The notes under the pieces were generated by a model that was not told where the DNA came from, searched no databases, and saw only the letters and a list, made by a program, of their open reading frames with translations. A stretch of 64,000 nt of DNA, from positions 4,832,001-4,896,000 of the forward strand of contig CP086569.2 in NCBI GenBank assembly GCA_009914755.4, in the 5' to 3' direction. Made by a program: the position numbers and the translations under genes. The stretch comes from the human T2T-CHM13v2.0 reference genome, Homo sapiens. Positions 53,689-64,000 of the stretch are shown one piece after another (the first letter of the stretch is position 1; every line of letters begins with the position of its first letter).

Positions 53689-55885
53689 TGTATTAGTCCA
53701 TTTTCATTGTGCTGATAAAGACATACCTGAGACTGGGCAATTTATAAAAGAAAGAGGTTTATAGGACTTACAGTTCCACATGGCTGGGGAAGCCTCACAA
53801 TCATAGTGGAAGGCAAGGAGGAACAAGTCACACCTTATGTGGATGGCAGCAGGCAAAAAGAGAGCTTGTGCAGGGTAACTCCTGTTGTTGTTGTTGTTTT
53901 CTTTTTTTTAGGTTTCAATATTTTATTCAAGTTTAAGTGATGTTAATTACAGCATTTGAAGGGGAGGATCTAATTCCACAGAAAATGGAAGACTCTAAAA
54001 TGTACCCATTAGACTGCTAAAAAACAAATTGAAGGGTGAGAATATAACAGAAGTCCAATTTAGATTCTGAGTGTTGTCACCATGTGATTACAATCACACA
54101 GACGCTTCCAAGCTTATAGCTGGAGTTCCTGGAAGCTATTTCATACTCTAGTGCAAGGGCTAAAAAACACAACACAGGAAGGAATAAGTCCTGAATTATT
54201 GGCTTCATCACATCCACCCTCTCCACCCCAAAATGGCACAAAAGAAAGAGTGACCACACCCTGCAGACCTTTTGGTGTAAAAGAGGTAACGATGAACTGG
54301 GCTGGGAAAAGGTCATGAAGCTCTGTCTAAAAGAGTCCCATTCAGGTGAGTTTGTACACACCATCAAGCAGCAAGCCCCTCATCAGTTAGGGTTAGGAAA
54401 CCAAGGTTCGATTCTCAGGAAATCACAATTTCATTCATTTACTCAATATGAACTTACAAAGCGCCTACATATTATCAGCTTCCACTTGCAGCCATTTCTA
54501 GAGAAAAAAGACACCTGGCATCTCAAAGTGGCTGCCAAGTTCCCCCAAGTCTACCACTGAAAGGGCCTTTTTTGGAAATGAGTTTCTTCTGTACCTCTGA
54601 AAGGGTAACATCTTAAAGCTGAATCATCTTTAACCTGGAGGGGTAACATATTTAGCAATACTTGCGTCCCAGACATACAACATTAAAAGATACACTAAAT
54701 TCTGAAGGTAGCTATGCTGCAAAATAGTTTAAAATTAAACAATTGTACAGTATTCATTTATGCTTGAAATTCCAGTCCTAGACCAAGCTTGTGGCCACCA
54801 GCATTGACGTTCTTGCCATCCAGAAGAGCTGACAGTGTCAGTTTGATACCTGGCTTTAGGGTCTGAGTGTATCCTAAACCTATCAGGCTGGAGTTGTTCA
54901 CTTTAGCCAAGAAGCAGGCTTCAGGGTCAATCAAATACTTGGCTGCTATTTTGAAATGCGTGTTACTGTTTCCTGCTTGTCCAGGTGAGATTGACAGCAG
55001 TCTCCAACTTCTTGTTCACTTTCTGGTAAATGAGGCCGCCAAACTCTGTCCCGTCATTCACATTAGTGTGAAATTGGAATTCATCAGTCTTGCAGCCAAC
55101 TGCAAAGTTGCTCTGGGTCACTCCGGACTTTGCAGTCTCAAAATTCATCTGGTAGCCGGCCAGCCAGCCCTTGTAACCCAGCATCAGAGCAGCCCGGATG
55201 GAAGGCCCAGCAATGTCGAAATCTATGTTGCAGTCCAGGGTAATGTGCTCCTGCTTGTAACCTGTCTTGATTTTAGCATCTTTTTTCCCCCAGTCTTAGG
55301 TAAGAAGGATGAATCGAAGGTCAGCTTCAGTCCACGTGCAAGCTGATCTTCCACAGTAATCTCGGTGCCTAGTGTATTATCCGTGTTCTATTTCTCTGTA
55401 AACGTCAGGCCGTACTCAGTCCATCTGTACTTGGTTTCCAGACTGCCCGTCACTTTGGTGGTCTCAGTGTTGGCTGAGCCTGAGCTTGTAAATTCCAACC
55501 CATTCTCAGATTTTGTTTTCAAATCAAGCATTATTAAGCCAAATCCATAGCCCTTAGTGAAGACATCCCTGGCAGACTTGCCAAGATTGGCATACATGGG
55601 TGGCACAGCCATCTTATGCTTAGAGGTGGTGGCAGTGGGCTAGGAGGTGGCTATGGCCGGGGCTGCTGTGCGGAGGCAGAGAACTAAGTGGAGCCAGCTG
55701 CGGGGCCCAACTCCCGTTTTTAAAACCATCAGATCTCAGGAGACCCATTCACTGTCCGGAGAACAGTACGGGAAAGACCCACCCCCCTATTCAGTCATCT
55801 CCCATCAGTTCCCTCCCACAACATATGGGAATTATGGGAGCTACAAGATGAGATTTGGGTGGGGACACAGAGCCAAACCATATCA
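53689..55885 (-). mobile_element. THE1/MST-class MaLR solo LTR (parts 53689-53882 and 55715-55885) split by the VDAC1 retrocopy; 5-bp TSD accac (53684-53688 and 55886-55890)
   Basis: Left part tgtattagtccattttcattgtgctgataaagacatacctgagactgggcaatttataaaagaaagaggtttataggacttacagttccacatggctggggaagcctcacaatcatagtggaaggcaaggaggaacaagtcacaccttatgtggatggcagcaggcaaaaagagagcttgtgcagggtaactcc. Right part ccgtttttaaaaccatcagatctcaggagacccattcactgtccggagaacagtacgggaaagacccacccccctattcagtcatctcccatcagttccctcccacaacatatgggaattatgggagctacaagatgagatttgggtggggacacagagccaaaccatatca. Together these reverse-complement to a contiguous THE1-like LTR; the consensus ...cttgtgcaggggaactcc|ccttataaaaccatcagatctcgtgag... 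is broken exactly at the insertion. Confidence 0.85.
53883..55708 (-). pseudogene. VDAC1P: Processed (retrotransposed) pseudogene of VDAC1 (voltage-dependent anion channel 1), near full-length mRNA copy (~1.83 kb). Components: 5'UTR, CDS ~54758-55612 with at least one nonsense codon and one frameshift, ~850-bp 3'UTR with AATAAA, and poly(A) seen as tgttgttgttgttgttttctttttttt at 53883-53910. Flanked by a 6-bp TSD aactcc (53877-53882 and 55709-55714).
   Basis: Minus-strand ORFs 55388-55612 ([74 protein letters not shown]) and 54963-55184 ([73 protein letters not shown]) are near-identical to human VDAC1 ([79 protein letters not shown]... ...[79 protein letters not shown]...). The C-terminus ...[32 protein letters not shown] is readable at ~54758-54850 (reverse complement). 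TGG to TAG (Trp to stop) occurs after TFTEK. The copy is intronless and colinear, with the polyadenylation signal (reverse complement of tttcaatattttattc = gaataaaatattgaaa) ~20 bp upstream of the A-tail. Confidence 0.92.
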
Positions 55886-57331
55886 ACCACCAATAAAGCC
55901 AATTTAATAAAATGAAGAATATATGTGTATGTGAAAAATACTATATGTTATAATCTGTAAACAAAACATATCATAGAAAATTGCTCATATTTATAGAGAT
56001 ATTTATTATATATGTAGACTGTGTTCTTATTGCGTTATTAATATCTAAAGTTACATTCGAAGTCTTTAGTTTAATCTGGAAAATCATCTCAATTTACTAC
56101 TGCATACTTCATATGAAAATTGCTTTTCAGTTTTTTTACTACAAAATATACATCTGGATATCTGTAAGTCAATGATGTTCTTTAACCTTAGGATTATTAT
56201 AGTATTATTTTTAAATCAGGGGAGACTTTAAAATAAAGTGAAATCTGTGTGGCATGACTGTCCTAATTTTTACTCTACCTTATTAAAACCGTTTTAATAG
56301 ATTTTTACTCATTAGAATCATATCACTCCAGAGGTTTTCACTTTTTTAATAAATATTCTGCTAGCTTTTAGTTTCAACACCTATGTATTTATTCATTTTT
56401 ATTAGTTTAATCTCTTTAAGAATATGTGTGAACTTTTGTCATAATGTTCTTTCCTTAGTTTTTTAAACATTATTTGGTACTGTTTCTTTAATCAATTTAA
56501 AGATAGTTCTTTTTATCTACTTAATGATTCTTAAAAGTTCTTGGAGTAACACCAGAGCTATTTGTTGTGGCTGTTGACTCTTTTCTACGGCAAATTTTGA
56601 ACTCTGAGCTAATCTTCAGAGATAATTTATCTGTAGGAATCCTCTTCTGCCTGGATTGAACATTCCTCCTAGACAAGTTTTGAGTTTACCACTGCTAAGG
56701 CAACCCGGGAGTATTACCTTCTGGGGACCACTTTTTACTTTAATATTTTACTTTAGGTATCCGTGGATCATGTGAGTAGTATAAATTCAGACCATAACCT
56801 GTTAAAATGAAAATCTGCATTTATAAGTTCTCAGGAGAGCCCTTCTCCCGCCCCCCATCCAGAGACCAGACTAACATAGGCATAGTTCCTTGGAATCTCA
56901 CTGTTCTGATGGCATTTTTTAAAATCCAACATATGTATGCTTCTTCAAAGTCTTGGCTTTGTTCAAGGGATCTCATTTCCAAATTCCCACTTCAAGTGAA
57001 CCTAAGACCTTAGCCTTGTGCCTTGTGTTCTTTCCTTGCAATTGAATCACAGGCCCCTTGGTTTGAGGAACCATAAGTCCTCCCATAACCTGCACACCCG
57101 CCACCACAACATCATCACTAGGGCAACCTTGATGTCAGGACTTTTTTTGTGCTGTTCCTCTAAGGATTGCTTTCCTTTTCTTATGATCTAAGTAATACAC
57201 ATAAAGGAGTGTTGCTATATTTTCTTCAGCAGTTCTATGGGTTTTGTAGCAGGAGAGTTTTCTGGTTATTTTTCCATATTAACAGAAATGGAAATCTACT
57301 AGGTTTTACATGCTTAAAGTTTAATTTGTCA

Positions 57332-57682
<351 letters not shown>

Positions 57683-59128
57683 CTATTTTTCCCCTGGAGG
57701 CTTTGCATTCTTCAAAGAACATTGCCATATTCCAACTGAAATGGAGATTTTGCTGAGATTTTTGTTTGTTTTTGCTTATATCCGGACTTAACTTTTAAAT
57801 ACAACCTTCTTGTCTTCTTTCCTGTCTTCCAAACTCATGGATTTACCATTTCACAGGGAAAGGGTATGCTTTATAAAACGAGCAGAAATCCACATCTAGC
57901 TTGAAATCTACTTCATAGGAAACTTAAATTAATTCAGAATAAAACTAAGCCAAATGCTAAGTTAAATGCTAGTATGGAAAATTGTCTTTTTAAAATGCAT
58001 CTTTTTTTAAAGAGCTTGAAATGTCTGGTAGAGACGCATAATTCTTTCACGGAAGGGTTTCATGAAGCACAGATGTTTTTCAGCCTCCCACGGGGATATA
58101 TACCACCACAGTGAGGACAACAGATGCCTCTTCCCTCACTTTCCTATCTGGCTTCATTCCTTATGAATCTATTTCTTTTAGTGATTAGCTCAGAGAAGCT
58201 TATTTCAGCACAGTTAACCTCAACCCCTTCTTGAAAGTAGATTTTATGGAATGAGGTAAGGAAGAAATAGAACAACTCATTTAAAAATTCTGGCAGTTTC
58301 AACTGCCAATTTTTGGGGGATACCATTTTCAATTATACCCACTAAAATAGTAAATATCTAAGAATTCAAAGTAGTTTAGAGAAATAAAGTTAATAAAGAT
58401 TTAATTGAATTATAAATGTGCTAACTTTCTATTAAATTATGTATGAATCAACCATTTTAAAATTCATTCTTTATGTATGTCACTGATACTATGTTAGTGT
58501 CAAGATGTAGCAACTGAGCCATATTTATGTGTATGTAAGTTTTCTATTGCTGCTGTAACACGGTATCACAAATTAGTGGCTAAGAACAACACAAATCTAT
58601 CATTTTATATTTCTGAAGGTTAAAGGCCCAACAGAACTCAGTGGACTAAAATCATGGTGACAATAGGTTTATTTCCTCTGGATCCTTTAAGGGAGAAGCC
58701 ATTTCCTTGCCTTTTCCACCTTCCTTGGCTCATGTCTCTTCCTCCATCCTCAAAGCGACTCTGCATTTCTCTCACCCTTCTTCACCTCATGTCTCCCTTT
58801 GACTAGATCTGGGAAATGTTGTCCTTTTTTAAGCACTCATGTGATTAGATTGGGCCCACCTGCCTAACCCAGGTCCTTGAGTCTCTCCATCTCAAGGACC
58901 TTAACCTTAATCACATCTGCCAAGGTCACTTTTGCTATGTGAGATAACATAATCACAGGTTCTGGAATTGGAGCTCAGACATCTTTGGGGGCCATCATTC
59001 TGTCTTACTATGTTGTATGTAATTAAAACCTTGCTCTCAGCTGTCTAAAAGTTTGCCTGAGCAAATGAATTGGCAATGTATTCAATCCAATTCACTCCCT
59101 AATATCATCATGATAAAAAATTAACTGA

Positions 59129-59480
<352 letters not shown>

Positions 59481-60282
59481 CCAGACATATTTCTTCTTAA
59501 TCAAATAACATTAAATTGGGTTATATTATTAAACTTAATGAGTGTCTACTGCTTACCTTATGTCTGGATGACAATGGACAGGTGCTTATTTATTTTAAAT
59601 CTACTCATTATTTATATAAAAGCTTTATAATTTCTCAGGTTGGTATTTTTTAAAGTTTGTATTTAATTTATATTACAAATGATTCATACTACCCACTATG
59701 AAGATTTTACATTGTATGATGGAAAAATGCTTCATACATAATTTGCCTATAATAAATATTAGGAATTTTATGGAAACATTCATTTTCATTTTGAGAAATA
59801 CAACAAGAGTCATTAGAAAAAAAGAGAAACAAAATGTTTGAAACAAGTATTACCATGAAGTGACTTTTTTTTTTTTTTTGCATTTCACAAAATGCACAAA
59901 ATTTGTGTTAAGGTTCATTTTGAAAGACCCAATGGTCTTTCCAAAATAATGGTCTATTAAAAAACTATTGAAAATTATTTAAAAACTGTAAAAAACTCTC
60001 ACAAAAATAATTTTATCTGGAGAGAAACCATTCTTATTCATCTTTGTATCTCCCATGATATAATGGCACTTTTGTTGTTGTTTTTTTCATTTATGAGCTG
60101 TGAGGATATCAAAGCCAATTCTTTTTAGAAGTTAAAATTTTAAAATTTAAAACCAGAGAAAAATCTTGGAATGGAATATACCTGTATTATAGTATAGAGC
60201 TATGTTCTTTTGATGAGCAATACTATAATACATAGCACTATTATTATAATATTAGATTAATTTTCTGTGTGAAGTCGGCTCC

Positions 60283-60420
60283 TTTCTCTTCCCTTTCCTC
60301 TCTTTTCTTCTATTGTGTCTCTCCTTTTTCTTTCCCTTCTTTCCATTCCTCTCTTTGAATCTTCTATGTTCTCTTCCTCTTTTTTCCATATCTAGTCCTC
60401 CCTTCTCCTCATACTGAAGT
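60283..60420. repeat. Polypyrimidine (CT-rich) low-complexity tract, ~140 bp
   Basis: ctcctttctcttccctttcctctcttttcttctattgtgtctctcctttttctttcccttctttccattcctctctttgaatcttctatgttctcttcctcttttttccatatctagtcctcccttctcctc. Confidence 0.8.
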
Positions 60421-61380
60421 AATTCAAAATCTGCTACTAGGAATTGTTCAGTTAATATATCTTAAGACATGTGTCATGTTGACATATATTGTTAACTTAA
60501 TGTGTCTTCCTCTTTGCTGAGGGATATGTTGTCTTAATCTTTTTTTCCCCCAAACATTGCAATTTACTTCTCTCTCTCATACAAATAACCATAAACTAGT
60601 TATAGCAATCAATTCGCATGCAGTAATTACATTACCTATGATAATTATAATATGTGTCACCTGGACCTGTATTTGTTTTAATGGGAATCAATAATTCTCA
60701 AGTGGGCAGAAGTGTGTAGCTGATTATGTGTTCAAGTGATCAGAGATTAGGCAGCATTTGATTAAATGAACTGCCTGGATATTTTGCAATTACTTTTGAT
60801 CAGTCTGCTATGGCCACTGCTCCTGGCTGTCATGTGATGCAGTTGTCGAACACTAGTCTTACATACTGTGGTAGAGGACACAGACCAGTGTAGATCCGGA
60901 ACTCAATACAATCGCTTAGGGTTCTTCCAAAGAGAATGATTATACTACTCACTGTGAATAAGCTCAGCTGTCCAAGGCTACCCATTCTTGGGCTTCCAAG
61001 AATTCACTTCTTGATTCAAATATATATCCATTTCACAGGGGACCAACTGGCTGAAGGAACCCTAAATTGGGTTTGGTTTTCTGCACCTATTACCTTATAT
61101 ACCCAGACTCTCCATCACCTTCACTATCCAGGAATCTGCTACTAGGGTTTAGGCAGGTTTTCAAACCACAGTGGGCCTGATGAGAACCTGTTTCATTGGA
61201 CAGTGTTTATCACACATCCTTCAGAGGGAGGCTACCTGCTGTGATACTAGAAGGCCTCAAGAAAGTCCATCCTTCCTGATTCAATGTTGCTTACACTTCT
61301 TAAGTAAAAAAAGCTACTGTCATTGGATTCCCAACATTTCTTGTGAAAAAAAAAAGAAAAGAGAAAGAAGAAGAAAAGAA

Positions 61381-61684
<304 letters not shown>

Positions 61685-61989
61685 AATAAGAAGAGAAAAG
61701 CCAAAGGAAACAATACAGAATGTAAATTTAAGCCCATGTGGGAGGTAGTGGCATGAACCCTAACTACAGTTATGAAAAAAAATGGTTGTATATCTAATCA
61801 ATTTACGAAATTTTGATTTCAAATGCATATTAGCATAGTCAATGTTCTGAGAAGTCCTTACAAAAAAATAGATTTAACTGTATTCATTCAGCTTCTTGGA
61901 TCTGTAGGTTTGTGTTTTGTTTGCCAGATTTGTAAATTTTTCATCTATTATTTCTTCAGATACCTTTTTAGCCCTACCCTCTTTCTTCT

Positions 61990-64000
61990 CTCCAGAACTC
62001 TGAAGAAATGAACATTAGATCTTTTGTTATAATCCTACACGAACTTCAGGCTCTGTTAATTTTTTTATAGGCTATTTTCTTTCTGTTGTTCAAATAGATT
62101 AAATATGATTTTTTTCAATTTCTTTGATTCTTTCCTCTCCAAAAGATTCTCTGATCTTTTCCTCTCCAGAATGGTCCTCTCCATTCTGCTGTTAAACCCA
62201 TCCACTGAGTTTTTATTTTTGTTATTGTATTTTTTATTTGAGTTTCCATTTGATTCTTTTATAATTGATCCATTATGATTATACAGTTTTATAGGGTACA
62301 ATTTTATGTTTTGATACATCTATAGGTTGTATAATGATCAAATTAGGATATTTAACATATTTGTCACCTCATACATTTATCATTTGACTCTTATTTATAT
62401 CTTTTGTTTTTTCTGGGACTTTCCATATCTTTGCAGAAACTTTCTATTTTTTTTTTTTCATTTGTTTCAATGTGTTTGTGGTTGCTTGTTGGGAGATTTT
62501 TATGATGGCTGTTTTAAAATTCTTCCCAAATAATTCTAACAATTCTGTCATTCTGGTGTTGGTGTCTGTTGCTTGCTTTATCACTTTTACATGGAGATTT
62601 CCCTGCTTCATGGTAGGATGAGTGATTTTCAATTGAAATCTGGACATTTTCAGAATTTTGTTATGAAACTCCAAACTTCATTTAAATTTTCTGCTTTAGT
62701 AGGCCTTATCTGACACCACTCCAGTGAGAAAGGGGGCACTGCCTCATTATTTCCAGGGATAGCGGAAATCCCAATTTCCCACTCAACTTCTGTTAACACA
62801 CAGGAGGTGCAGGGGCTCCTACTTACTGCTAGGTGGGGCTAGGGTATACCTTTTTTCTACTAGGCCTCTGCTGTTATCTGTTGTAGGGAATGGCAGAGTG
62901 GCCTCATTACTACTCACTACGTGGCCTCCCTGAACTCTGGGGGGCTAGCCTCACTACTGTTGTGCTGAAGTGAGGGACCTGACTTTTCACTAAGTCTTCT
63001 CTGATACCATCTACTCTGGTGGGGAGGAAGAAGGGCACCTCCTTACTACAGGGTTGTGCCTGGCAATAAATTTTGGGTTCTCCATTCAGCTTTGCACCTG
63101 AAAGGGGGAGTTGCTTGTCATTGCTAGCTTAAGATGGGAGCTCTGGCTTTCCACTAGGTCTCCACTGATACTTCCTTGGCCGAGAAGAGTAAGAGTGACT
63201 AATTGCTACTTTCTGCACAATCTTCTCTGATATCAACCTGAAGCGGGGGCTGGGGGCTAAGGATCCTTGTTACAGTTTGGCAATGGTAGAAGTCTACACC
63301 CTCCTCTTGGCTGGTGTGTGTTGGGTGGGGCTGCATTTTTTTCCTGTGGTGTTTGGCTGGAGTTAAAAAGTTATCATCTAACATTCTCTCCCTTGGTAAG
63401 CTGTCTCTTTCCAGGACGTTTGGCTACTGAGAACAGGCTTTTGTTAAGACTTTCTTTTTTTTTTTTTTTTTGGTCTGTTGGTGCTTCCAGGTTACTGGCT
63501 TTTCCAGTACCCAGTCTGGGATACATAAGGCAAAAAGAAAACCCAGGGAGCTCACCATCATGTCTTTCCTTGAGTTCTGAGGTCTCTGGCCAATGTCTGG
63601 CTTTCTCTTCACACTGTGTTTGCAGAAATCACTTTCTCTTAGACGTTCCAAGGATTTTTTCTCTTTTTTGTTAATCCTATTTAATTCTTTTTTTTTTTTT
63701 TAAGTATGTATCTTGGTGTTGGTAATTCTGGATTGATGTTCTCAGGAACTTGGTGTGTTATTTCAATATGTTGTTTCAATTTTTTTTTTAGTTTGCATTT
63801 GTTCAGTTATCTTGTTATTGATTTCTTCCTCAGTGATTCTTGTGATTTATATGTTGACTTGCGTTTACATGCTTTCAACATTTGACACTTTTTATTAAAT
63901 CATTATCATATTTTTTAATTTCTTTTTTTTTGCATGTCAAGAAATTTCCTCTGTTTGACCTGTATCTGTTTTGTTTATTTGTCTATTCCTTTGAATTTAG
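61990..64000 (-). mobile_element. Probable old L1 (L1P/L1M-class) 5' portion in reverse orientation (ORF1 N-terminal coiled-coil-like region and 5'UTR with ~150-bp tandem sub-repeats); classification tentative; runs off the window end
   Basis: Minus ORF 62065-62319 (…NSVDGFNSRMERTILERKRSENLLERKESKKLKKIIFNLFEQQKENSL) has the charged heptad-like character of the L1 ORF1p N-terminal coiled coil. Surrounding sequence (…ctctccaaaagattctctgatcttttcctctccagaatggtcctctccattctgctgttaaa…) resembles the reverse complement of L1 ORF1-upstream regions seen in the L1PA copy at 29100-29700. 62740-63260 contains 3-4 imperfect tandem units (recurrent ttt.cactagg.ct.c.ctgata.. motif every ~130-165 bp). Confidence 0.35.

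Noticed and set aside
54395-54425. tRNA-like T-arm motif ggttcgattc
   Set aside because: An isolated 10-mer within the VDAC1 pseudogene 3'UTR, with no acceptor or anticodon-stem context. Not a tRNA gene.
54867-55346. ORF 54867-55346 (+), 159 aa
   Set aside because: It is the antisense strand of the VDAC1 processed pseudogene CDS and shows no protein similarity that I recognise. It is a by-product of a conserved sense strand.

Overview
This window is not prokaryotic DNA. It is AT-rich human (or other catarrhine primate) nuclear DNA, from a gene-poor intergenic or deep-intronic region, and well over half of it is transposable-element sequence.

What I can recognise directly from the sequence:
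- Alu: 9 full Alu elements plus a right-arm Alu fragment, several with clear target-site duplications (TSDs).
- L1: at least 9 LINE-1 insertions of very different ages.
  - Two young, near-identical L1PA 3' fragments, one of them with a textbook twin-priming inversion.
  - One near-full-length older L1PA (5'UTR, ORF1, internally deleted ORF2).
  - Several ancient L1M/L1P pieces, including one inverted (twin-priming-like) insertion.
- MaLR retroelements: a complete THE1-class LTR–internal–LTR copy, an MST solo LTR and a THE1 solo LTR.
- One solo LTR12 (HERV9) LTR carrying five CCAAT (NF-Y) boxes, inserted into a MIR with a 4-bp TSD.
- MIR fragments, one hAT-like TIR element, and numerous micro- and minisatellites.

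The only gene-derived sequence I can support is an essentially full-length processed pseudogene of VDAC1 (minus strand, about 53883–55708). It has a poly(A) tail, its own AATAAA and a 6-bp TSD, and it is inserted into the THE1 solo LTR.

I find no intact protein-coding gene, CpG island, RNA gene, CRISPR array or operon-like structure. The six-frame ORF track consists of L1 ORF1/ORF2 remnants, Alu read-throughs, the VDAC1 pseudogene and low-complexity artefacts. No novel biological system is supportable. The most interesting items are structural retrotransposition signatures: a putative L1 3' transduction, the twin-priming cases, nested insertions and inverted repeats.
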